Below are positions 18,902 through 26,778 of a stretch of 42,559 nucleotides of DNA, in pieces. Each line of letters starts with the position of its first letter. The stretch's first letter is position 1. Both the position numbers and the translations under genes were made by a program. Origin of the DNA: Vulcanimicrobiota bacterium. GTDB lineage: Bacteria > Vulcanimicrobiota > Vulcanimicrobiia > Vulcanimicrobiales > Vulcanimicrobiaceae. Below the pieces are notes generated by a model. That model saw nothing but the letters and a program-made list of their open reading frames with translations, was not told the DNA's origin and searched no databases. Where the stretch lies: NCBI GenBank assembly GCA_030043675.1, contig JASHXG010000009.1, forward strand, positions 1-42,559, read 5' to 3'.

Positions 18902-21601
18902 GTGAGCCACAGCGCGGTTCCTACCGGTGCGGTCGTCTTTCTGTTCTCGGACATCGAGGGAAGCTCGCGGCGTTGGGAGCGTTACACCGAAGCGATGCGC
19001 GACGCCGTGCGCCGGCACGACGAAATCCTGCGTTCCGAAATCGAGCGGCGTCGCGGGCACGTATTCAAGACCATCGGCGACGCCTTCTGCGCGGCGTTCT
19101 GGACGGTCGGCGAGGCGCTCGAGGCGGCGGTCGCGGCGCAGCGGCGCCTTGGAGGCGCAGACTTTGCCGCGGTCGATGGACTGCGCGTTCGGATCGCGAT
19201 CCATGCCGGCGAGACCGACGAACGCGCCGGCGATTACTTCGGACCCGCGGTCAACCGAACCGCGCGCCTGCTCTCAACCGGGCACGGCGGACAAATTCTC
19301 GTGTCCGGATTCGCCAGCGATCTCGCGGCCTCGAATCTTCCATCCGACATCGCGCTGCGCCAGCTTGGAACGCTGCCGCTCCGCGATCTCACTGAGCCCG
19401 AGCGCGTCTATCAAGCCGTCGCACCCGGGCTTGCCTCGGAGTTCAAGCCGCTCCGCTTGCTGGAGACGCCGCCCAACAATCTTCCGCGTCAAACGACCAG
19501 CTTCGTCGGCCGTCATGACGATTTGGCTCACGTCGAAGCGTTGCTCGGCGACTCTTCCCTGGTAACGATCGTCGGGGCGGGCGGCATCGGAAAGACGCGT
19601 CTGGCACTAGAAGCGGCTACGAGCCGGCTGAACGATTTTCCCGACGGCGCGTGGCTGGTCGACCTTTCGCCGATTTCGGACGCCGAGCTGGTCGCAAGCG
19701 CCGTGCTTTCAGCGCTGGGTGAAGAGCAATCCGAGGATATTCCACCGCTGGAGGCGCTTTTGCGCCACTCGGAAAAACGCGAGCTGCTTCTCGTCCTCGA
19801 CAACTGCGAGCACGTTATCGCAGAAGCCGCTCGCGTCGCGGCCGCCGTGTTGGAGCGTTGTCCGCGCGTCGTGCTGCTGGCGACCAGCCGCGAAGCGCTC
19901 GACGTCTCGGGAGAACGAATCCATCGCTTGCCGACGCTCGACACGGCATCGGCCACGCGGCTCTTCATCGAACGCGCCCAGGCGGCGGATCCCGATTTCT
20001 CCGCCGACGCAAAGCTCGCGATCCTCGAAGAAATTTGTCGCCGCCTGGATGGGATTGCGTTGGCGATCGAGCTGGCCGCCGCGCGAATCCGTACGATGCC
20101 CATCCAGAGCTTGGCGCGTCACTTGGAGCTACGGATGCTCGCGGGCGGACGCGACCGTAGGCCGCGCCAGCAAACGATGCAGGCACTGATCGACTGGAGC
20201 TACGATCTGCTCGCCGGCGAGGAGCGCGCGGTCCTGCGCCGTTGTTCCATCTTTCTCGGGGGCTTTACGCTCGAGGCGGCAATCGCGGTTTGCGCGCTCG
20301 AAGCCGCAGGCGAATGGCGCGCCCTCGAACTGCTCTCCTCGCTCGTCGATAAGTCGCTACTCGTTCTCGACGCACGAAGTGAGCAGCAGCGGTATCGAGT
20401 GCTGGAGCCGATCCGCGAGTATGCGTTGGAAAAGCTCGCGAGCGATGGCGAGAGCTTCGAAGCGGCGCGCCGGCACGCGCAGGCGTTTGCATCGCTCGCG
20501 CGCGCCGCCTACGCGCAGTGGGAGCAGGGCCCAAAAGCCGATTGGCTTTCGCAACTCGAACCGGACCTTCCCAACTTCCGCGCCGCGCTGCGCTGGACGA
20601 TCGAGGAGGCACATGATCTCCCTCTCGGTGCGCAAACCGTTGACGACCTCACGCCGATTTTTTTGCGCCTGACGCTGCTCGCCGAGGGCATCGAGTGGTG
20701 CGAGCGGGTGCTACGGGCCGGATTGACGTTGCCGGCGGCGGAGGAGGCGCGTCTGCGCTACGGACTGTCGATGCTCTACAACAACCAAGGCGCGAACAAC
20801 AGCTCACTCACTGAGGCGCTCGCCGCCGTTGCGCTCTATCGCGAAGCCGGCGATCGGCGTGGACTAGCCCGCGCCCTGGCGCAAGTCGCTCAGCATCACG
20901 CGAGTGCTTCGCATTATGACGACGCGCGGGTTGCTGCCGACGAAGCCCTCCGGCTTGCACGCGCATCGCAGGATCCTCTTCTGCTTGCGGGGAGTCTGCG
21001 GCGCTGCGCCGGAGCATTCACCGCCGACGGCATGGACGGCGTCCGAACTCGTTACGCCGAAAGCGTCGCGCTCTTTCGAGAGCTGGGGGCCGATGACGAG
21101 ACCGCGCGTACCCTGACGTGGTGGGGACAATCGGAAGCCGAAGCCGGCGACTATGCGAGTGCGGCCGAACGATTTCTGGAGGCGCAGCGGTTAGCCGGCC
21201 GAGATCTCTCGATGCACGTCGCGCTCGGGATTGCCTCGTGCTATCTGTCTCTCGGCGATCGCGCGGGCGCCGAACCGTTCGCTTGGGAAGCCCTCGCGCT
21301 TGCGGCGCCGGTGCATCATCCCACCAACTTGCCGACAGCGATACTGTACGTCGCCGCAAGCGCGCTTAAAATCGAGACACCCGACGCCGCGCGTCTCGTC
21401 GGCTGGGCCGAAAGACGCTTTGGCTCGACGGGGTGGCGATGGAGCGCGCAAGATCAAACGATCATCCAAGAGCTCAAAGGGCTGCTACTGCGCGAAATAC
21501 CGCAGCGCAAGCTAATGGAGCTCCTCGCCGAGGGCGCAACATGGACCGAGCCCGAGGCCGTGGCGCGCGCCGGCTTCGTCGCCGCGCGCGCGCCGATTTA
21601 G
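18902..21601 (+). CDS. Class III adenylate/guanylate cyclase fused to a STAND (NB-ARC-like) P-loop ATPase and TPR repeats
   Basis: Track ORF 18494..21601 overlaps the previous gene. The in-frame GTG at 18902 lies just before the cyclase domain (FLFSDIEGSSRRW, FKTIGDAF, GPAVNRTARL). It is followed by the P-loop VGAGGIGKTRLA and an Ala/Leu-rich TPR-like C-terminal half. No HTH is seen at the C-terminus. Confidence 0.85.
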   Translation: MSHSAVPTGAVVFLFSDIEGSSRRWERYTEAMRDAVRRHDEILRSEIERRRGHVFKTIGDAFCAAFWTVGEALEAAVAAQRRLGGADFAAVDGLRVRIAIHAGETDERAGDYFGPAVNRTARLLSTGHGGQILVSGFASDLAASNLPSDIALRQLGTLPLRDLTEPERVYQAVAPGLASEFKPLRLLETPPNNLPRQTTSFVGRHDDLAHVEALLGDSSLVTIVGAGGIGKTRLALEAATSRLNDFPDGAWLVDLSPISDAELVASAVLSALGEEQSEDIPPLEALLRHSEKRELLLVLDNCEHVIAEAARVAAAVLERCPRVVLLATSREALDVSGERIHRLPTLDTASATRLFIERAQAADPDFSADAKLAILEEICRRLDGIALAIELAAARIRTMPIQSLARHLELRMLAGGRDRRPRQQTMQALIDWSYDLLAGEERAVLRRCSIFLGGFTLEAAIAVCALEAAGEWRALELLSSLVDKSLLVLDARSEQQRYRVLEPIREYALEKLASDGESFEAARRHAQAFASLARAAYAQWEQGPKADWLSQLEPDLPNFRAALRWTIEEAHDLPLGAQTVDDLTPIFLRLTLLAEGIEWCERVLRAGLTLPAAEEARLRYGLSMLYNNQGANNSSLTEALAAVALYREAGDRRGLARALAQVAQHHASASHYDDARVAADEALRLARASQDPLLLAGSLRRCAGAFTADGMDGVRTRYAESVALFRELGADDETARTLTWWGQSEAEAGDYASAAERFLEAQRLAGRDLSMHVALGIASCYLSLGDRAGAEPFAWEALALAAPVHHPTNLPTAILYVAASALKIETPDAARLVGWAERRFGSTGWRWSAQDQTIIQELKGLLLREIPQRKLMELLAEGATWTEPEAVARAGFVAARAPI

Positions 21602-22122
21602 CAGGGTTTCGGACCTGTCTCCCGGCGAATGCCCGCATCGCGCACGTAGTAGCATTTTTGTGTAAGCGTATACGTCCCGTGGTCGCCGGTGCAGCCGTGA
21701 ACGGCCTTGTACGATCCGGTCAGCTTATTCGTGGACGAATCGTATTTGCCGGTGATGCTGAACGTGCATGCCACGTTATCGATCGTCGCCACGGAGACTC
21801 CGCTCCCCGACGTGCCAGAGACGTTCGTAACGGTCGAGGTCCTGAACGTCAACTTTGGATACGCGAACGAGAGCCAACCGCCCGTCGAGCTCTTGTACTG
21901 GGCGAACGATCCCGTTACGCGTCCTTTGCCGTAGTAGCTATCCTGTGCCGTCCCCGCATACTGGCCTCCGTAATTTAGCGCTCCCGCGTCATCACCAAAA
22001 CGCGCGCCGGCTGTTACCGGCGTCGCCCCGTTTGCGGTGCCTCCGCCGGATCCCGCACACGCCGTGAACGCGAGCGCAGCGATCAGAATGCCGAAAAGCG
22101 CTCGCTTAGATAAATGACTCAT
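21598..22122 (-). CDS. Hypothetical lipoprotein (174 aa)
   Basis: GAGGAG lies 6 nt upstream of the ATG. Signal peptide MSHLSKRALFGILIAALAFTAC (lipobox), a Gly/Ser/Thr-rich mature part, and four further Cys including the C-terminal residue. Confidence 0.7.
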   Translation of the reverse strand: MSHLSKRALFGILIAALAFTACAGSGGGTANGATPVTAGARFGDDAGALNYGGQYAGTAQDSYYGKGRVTGSFAQYKSSTGGWLSFAYPKLTFRTSTVTNVSGTSGSGVSVATIDNVACTFSITGKYDSSTNKLTGSYKAVHGCTGDHGTYTLTQKCYYVRDAGIRRETGPKPC

Positions 22123-22244
22123 CTCAAGCTCCTCAAAAGCCTAGCATCGAACGTCACACCCCCGAGGAGCATACCTCGCGCCGCGCGAATTAGCCTCTTT
22201 GAGCGCACGGCGGCGCGCTGGGAGCAGCAAAAAGGACCGCAGCA

Positions 22245-23234
22245 ATGGGGATCCCCACTTCGGTTTTGCGAGCAGCAGGGACGGCGGCCACGATCGCCTC
22301 GCTCAGCGCCTGCGGCCACGTCTCCCCGCAGTTGCCGATCGCACCCGTGGCGCCAACGGTTGTGTTGGATCGCGATTCGTCGTGGATGTCACCGGACGCT
22401 GCCCAAGTGAAGACTCTCCTCTATGTGTCAGACGCGCAATCCTATGACGTCTACATTTACAGCTTTCCCGACCTCGAGCTCAAGGGAAAGCTGACCGGCT
22501 TCGACCGGCCCGAAGGCGAGTGCAGCGACGCCGGGGGCGACGTCTGGATCACCGACACCCAAAGCAGAGAGATCGTTCGTTTCCGTCACGGCGGAAGGAA
22601 GGTTGAAGCGACGCTGCACGATCCGATCGGTTTTCCCGTCGGTTGCGCGATCGATCGGAAGTCGGGAGATCTCGCGGTCACCAACCTCTTCGGCTTGAGC
22701 GGCGGCGGCAGCGTGATGATCTACAAGAAAGCAGCCGGCACGCCGAGGCTCTACGTGAATCCAGGCCAATACTATTACTACTTCGCCGGCTACGACGATA
22801 AGGGCGATCTCTACGCGAGCGGCAAGAGCCAAACCAACCGGTACCGCCTCTCCATGCTTGCATCGCGCGGACGTTCGATGGTAAGCGTCTCGATCAAAGG
22901 TCCCAGGATCTTTGATCCAGGAACCGTCCAATGGACCGGATCCACGCTGCTGCTCGGCGATCAGCGATGCCAGCGCAAGAAAACTTCGTGCCTCTACGAG
23001 GCAGTCGTTTCGAGAAGAAGCGTGCGGATCACACGCCGCGTGCCGCTAAGCGGGTCCTGCGACGTTGCGCAAGTCGCGTTCGAGAACGGCCGCTTTGCCG
23101 GCGGCGACGATTGGCACTGCGGCCCTGGCCACAGCAGCACCGACGTTTGGGCGTATCCGCGCGGCGGCTCTCCCGTCCGGGCCCGCACTGACATCCAAGT
23201 ACCGATCGGCGCAACGATCAGCAACCTGCCCTGA
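22245..23234 (+). CDS. Lipoprotein of unknown function, predicted beta-propeller (family P, copy 4, most divergent)
   Basis: 329 aa. Signal peptide MGIPTSVLRAAGTAATIASLSAC (lipobox). Family blocks present: LLYVSD, CSDAGGDVWIT, CAIDRKSGDLAV, AGYDDKGDLY, VQWTG, WAYPRGG. Confidence 0.8.
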   Translation: MGIPTSVLRAAGTAATIASLSACGHVSPQLPIAPVAPTVVLDRDSSWMSPDAAQVKTLLYVSDAQSYDVYIYSFPDLELKGKLTGFDRPEGECSDAGGDVWITDTQSREIVRFRHGGRKVEATLHDPIGFPVGCAIDRKSGDLAVTNLFGLSGGGSVMIYKKAAGTPRLYVNPGQYYYYFAGYDDKGDLYASGKSQTNRYRLSMLASRGRSMVSVSIKGPRIFDPGTVQWTGSTLLLGDQRCQRKKTSCLYEAVVSRRSVRITRRVPLSGSCDVAQVAFENGRFAGGDDWHCGPGHSSTDVWAYPRGGSPVRARTDIQVPIGATISNLP

Positions 23235-23235
23235 T

Positions 23236-24372
23236 CTAGAGCCTCAACCTAAAGACGGTCCCCTCTCCGAACACGCCGCCGCGGCCGGTCACGCCGTAAA
23301 ACGCGTCGTTTACGTCGATGAGAGCGGCGTTCGGGCCTGCACCCTCCGGGGGTCCGGTGAATCGGTAGAGCACCGTCTCTCTCCCGTCCCTCGTCATTTT
23401 GAAGATCGTCCCGGCGTCGCCGGTCCCGCCTCGCAACGTCGTTCCATAAAGAATGCCGTCGACCGCGATCAAAGCGGCCTCGGGAGCACTGCCGTCGGTT
23501 TTCTTACCGCGGCTAAACTCGTAAATCACTCGCTCGGCGCCGGAGGTACTCACGCGGAAGACGGTGCCGTCGCCTTTTTGATCGCCGCCACCCCCGGTCG
23601 TACCATAGAGTGCGCCGCCTAATAACGTCAGGCCGGCCGCGGGATAGGCGCCTTCATCGGTACCACGGTGGTACGTGAAGCGGTGGATGACCGTTTCGGC
23701 GCCGGCTTTGCTCACGCGAAAAACCGTTCCGCATCCGATGGCGCAACGGTCGGTGTGCTCGCCGCCGTATTCGGTCGTCCCGTAGAGGGCGCCGCCGACG
23801 GCGATCAACCCGGCAACCGGCTCCGCGCCGTCGGCACCTCCCTTGAATCGATAAAGGGTCGTCTCCGACTTTCCGTCGGTCGACAGACGAAAGATCGTAC
23901 CGCACCCAGAGAAGCACTCGAGCGCATGGAATCCTCCGAATTGACTGGTGCCGTAGAACGCCCCATCGAACACGGTCAACGCTGCAGCCAAACGCACCGC
24001 GCCGCGGCCGCCTTCGAAGCGGTAGATCACCCGTTCTTTCCCGTCCGGGGTCACCTTAAAGACGGTGCCGCAGCCACCGTCACAACGCTTGCTGCCGCCG
24101 CTGGTCGTCGTGCCAAAGAACGCACCGCTCGCGCCGATCAGCCCCGCGACCGGCGTCGCCCCGTCTCTGCCGCCCACGAAACGATAGACGATCCTTTCGT
24201 CGCCTGGGCTCACTACGAAGACGGTGCCGCAGCCGGGAGTACAATCGCCGGCGCCTCCGGCACTCGTCGTACCGTAGAGGTTTGCTCCCCGCGCAATCAG
24301 CCGCGAGTCCGGTCCGTCACCGTCGTCAAATCTTCCCCCGAAGCTATAGAGCGTCGTAAGGATCGGCGTCAC
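23236..24372 (-). CDS. GloVer-type (Gloeo_Verruco, TIGR03803-like) tandem-repeat protein with 7 repeats, probably a lipoprotein with an undefined start
   Basis: It contains seven ~48-55-aa repeats of the form (R/T)V(I/L)Y.F..G.DG..P.A.LI...G.LYGTT..GG......GT(V/I)F(R/K)(V/L). The coordinates use the first canonical start (GTG 24372). The same frame is open upstream to 24495 and encodes FKPGLVLCAIALSAC, a lipoprotein signal, without any ATG/GTG/TTG. Confidence 0.75.
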   Translation of the reverse strand: MTPILTTLYSFGGRFDDGDGPDSRLIARGANLYGTTSAGGAGDCTPGCGTVFVVSPGDERIVYRFVGGRDGATPVAGLIGASGAFFGTTTSGGSKRCDGGCGTVFKVTPDGKERVIYRFEGGRGAVRLAAALTVFDGAFYGTSQFGGFHALECFSGCGTIFRLSTDGKSETTLYRFKGGADGAEPVAGLIAVGGALYGTTEYGGEHTDRCAIGCGTVFRVSKAGAETVIHRFTYHRGTDEGAYPAAGLTLLGGALYGTTGGGGDQKGDGTVFRVSTSGAERVIYEFSRGKKTDGSAPEAALIAVDGILYGTTLRGGTGDAGTIFKMTRDGRETVLYRFTGPPEGAGPNAALIDVNDAFYGVTGRGGVFGEGTVFRLRL

Positions 24373-24466
24373 GTGGAGTGGCTGATCGAGCGAAAGCTGC
24401 GTGGGCGGGAGCGCGCCCCCGCGCGAGCATGCGCTTAGGGCGATGGCACAGAGAACGAGGCCCGGC

Positions 24467-25816
24467 TTAAAAGTCGTCGTCGGGCTCCGTCCTGTCTATT
24501 GGTTGCTTGAGAAAATAGCTCGGCGGCAGTGGCGCGGGAATCGGTTGAAAGCGCGTCGGCGGTTTGGAGAAGTCGAAACAATCCGAGAGATCGTCGGACC
24601 GGACGTCGGTCGTGTGCAGCGATCCCAACCCGAACGTTTCCTCGGTGAACTTCAGAATGCTGCCGAACTCGTGTTGGACGTGTGAGACGTAATGATTCTT
24701 GGCGTACGGCGATATCACGATCAGCGGGACGCGAAAACTGAGCTCGTACGAGTTGTAGAGTGGCGGTCGAACGTGGTCGTACCATCCGCCCCAGTCATCC
24801 CAAGTTACGAAGATCGCGGTGTCATTCCAATATCGGCTCTTGCCGATCGCGTTGACGACCGCTGCAACCCAGGATGGACCCGATCCGTTGTTGCTCGCGG
24901 CGTGATCGGACTCCAACGCCGTCGGCGTTACCCAAATGACGTTCGCGAGCGCTCCGCGCCTGATATCCAAAAGGACCTGCTGCGGTGGGACCACCACGTC
25001 CACGCGATAATCGCGACTCTCGCGAACGTTCAAGATGGCATCGGGCCCGTTCCAGAGTCCCTGTCCGGTGGAGGCTTGGTAGTAGCGCCAGCTGAGCGAC
25101 TTGCGCTCGAGCAAGTCGATGAGCGAAAGGCGAATGAAGCACGGATAGATCGCCGTTCCCTCGCGGCCCGCTTGATCGATCGTCTCGACCACCACTCCGG
25201 CCGGCGAGTCGCATCCACCCCCGCCTCCCAGCGGATTCTCCGCAGCTCGCAGCCCGGAGCCGTTTGCGATGGTCGACGTTCCGCTCAAGATGTACTGATG
25301 CGCCGGGAAACTCGGCCCCTCGTTGGTCTGAAACATATGGTCGGCAAACGCATACTGCGAGGCCATATCGAAGTAGGGTCGCACCTCGGCGTGCGGCACG
25401 TACCCGTAGGCGCGACGTGGCTGGAGTGGGCAGGGTAGAACCGAGTAGCATCGCACGCCGATCCTATCAAACCCGTTCATTTGACCGTCCGCGTACTCTT
25501 TCTCGAACGCCTGGTGCGAGTGACCGAGGTCGTAGGGCGCAGTTAAACTTACCGGGCGCAGCGGCACGTTCTGTCCGCTGGAGTTCAAACCGCTGCGAAC
25601 CGTATCGGCGCCGGGGAAGCCGTTGAAGAGATCGTCGACGCTGCGGTTCTCTTGAAAGATGATGACGACGTGCCGGATCTTCGACGACGCTTGCTCGGGC
25701 GAGACTGCAAGACGCAGCATCTGTGGTCCCACTTGTGGCGCCGGCACCATCGAGCTCCGCGCGCAACCGGTCAGCGCTACCAAGACAGCGATCCGTGCCC
25801 ACCCTGAACGCTCCAT
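24467..25816 (-). CDS. Phosphoesterase-family lipoprotein (PLC/AcpA type), paralogue 3
   Basis: 449 aa. GGAGG lies 8 nt upstream of the ATG. Signal peptide MERSGWARIAVLVALTGC (lipobox), then KIRHVVIIFQENRSVDDLF, WDDWGGWYDHVRPP and FRVPLIVISPYAKNHYVSH. Confidence 0.9.
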   Translation of the reverse strand: MERSGWARIAVLVALTGCARSSMVPAPQVGPQMLRLAVSPEQASSKIRHVVIIFQENRSVDDLFNGFPGADTVRSGLNSSGQNVPLRPVSLTAPYDLGHSHQAFEKEYADGQMNGFDRIGVRCYSVLPCPLQPRRAYGYVPHAEVRPYFDMASQYAFADHMFQTNEGPSFPAHQYILSGTSTIANGSGLRAAENPLGGGGGCDSPAGVVVETIDQAGREGTAIYPCFIRLSLIDLLERKSLSWRYYQASTGQGLWNGPDAILNVRESRDYRVDVVVPPQQVLLDIRRGALANVIWVTPTALESDHAASNNGSGPSWVAAVVNAIGKSRYWNDTAIFVTWDDWGGWYDHVRPPLYNSYELSFRVPLIVISPYAKNHYVSHVQHEFGSILKFTEETFGLGSLHTTDVRSDDLSDCFDFSKPPTRFQPIPAPLPPSYFLKQPIDRTEPDDDF

Positions 25817-25871
25817 CGCGCGAACCTCCGAGTTGTTCCAGCGCGGCTGCTAAAGCAGCTTGAGTAGGCCA

Positions 25872-25900
25872 ATTATAGTCAGTTGTTTTTAGCCTGTAAA
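25872..25900 (-). promoter_or_regulatory. Near-consensus sigma70-type promoter for the phosphoesterase-3 (and probably GloVer) transcript
   Basis: On the minus strand there is TTTACA (25900..25895), a 17-nt spacer and TATAAT (25877..25872). It begins 8 nt after the stop of the upstream methyltransferase gene and lies about 55 nt upstream of ATG 25816. The predicted 5' UTR contains a GCTGC-N4-GCAGC hairpin (25846..25859). Confidence 0.5.
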
Positions 25901-25908
25901 CGGTGGGC

Positions 25909-26724
25909 TCAACGCGGGGCATCGGCGCGAGCTACCGCTCGATACCGCAATCGTTGGCGGCGCATCCGCGCTCGCAACCGCTGCGTCGACGAGAGGCGCG
26001 GCGGTCCGGAGAGCAGCGTGAAATCAGCGAAGCCGGCCGCGCGAGCCAACCCCTCGAGCGCTTTCGCGTTGGGGGCCCACCAGTTCGATGCATCGTCGTT
26101 CAGCTCGTTGCCGGGGAAAAACTCGCAGAAGGGCGCATCGGGAGCGCCGGGAAGCTCCACCGCCTCCGTTTCGATGAAGAGCGCGCCTCCCGGTGCGGTA
26201 ACCGTCGCCGCCCGCCGCAACGCGCGCATCGGTTCTTCCAAGTGGTAGAGGATGCCGAGGAAGAATACGACGTCGAAGCGTCCTAAAGCGGCGAGGTCCA
26301 TCGTCATGAAGTCGCCGACGACGGGCTCGACGTTGCTCTCGAGGATCGCGCGCGCCGCGTCAAACGGGCGCCGCCCCGGCAGCTCAACGGGACGCCAATG
26401 CCTCGATAGGTGCGGGGGCGGCATCGGCATTCCGGAATCGCGCGAGCTTCTCCATTCCTCCATATACGCGGCCATGTCGGCGGACCATACGTAGTGATCG
26501 AGGGCTACGACGCGCGCCGCGCCCAGTCTCTCAGCGGCGAACGAAAAAAAACCGTCATACGCGCCGATATCGAGGACCGATTTGCCGTGCAGGTCGGGAA
26601 GCTGCAGTTTGCGCAGCGTTTCGTTCCATACTTCAAGCGGGGCGCGACCCGGCGTGACGACACCCGGAGCCAGCTCGATCGAGTGGTACCACTCGGGACA
26701 CGATTGCAGGATGTCGAACGTCAT
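25909..26724 (-). CDS. Class I SAM-dependent methyltransferase
   Basis: 271 aa. N-terminal WYHSIELAPGVVTPG, then SAM motif I VLDIGAYDGFFSF and the post-I acidic residue (VVALD). Confidence 0.75.
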   Translation of the reverse strand: MTFDILQSCPEWYHSIELAPGVVTPGRAPLEVWNETLRKLQLPDLHGKSVLDIGAYDGFFSFAAERLGAARVVALDHYVWSADMAAYMEEWRSSRDSGMPMPPPHLSRHWRPVELPGRRPFDAARAILESNVEPVVGDFMTMDLAALGRFDVVFFLGILYHLEEPMRALRRAATVTAPGGALFIETEAVELPGAPDAPFCEFFPGNELNDDASNWWAPNAKALEGLARAAGFADFTLLSGPPRLSSTQRLRARMRRQRLRYRAVARADAPR

Positions 26725-26778
26725 CGGGGGCGCTTCTCGCGGGCGGAGATCGATCCTTTCGCGCGTAACTATCTTGGC

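Noticed and set aside
24466-24475. Interpreting the TTT-TAA-G site as a definite programmed +1 frameshift that fuses phosphoesterase 3 to the GloVer protein.
   Set aside because: I kept it only as an alternative hypothesis. The upstream GGAG is about 13 nt from the slip codon, which is too far for prfB-type stimulation and better placed for initiation. A fusion would also place a lipoprotein signal peptide internally, which makes little biological sense.
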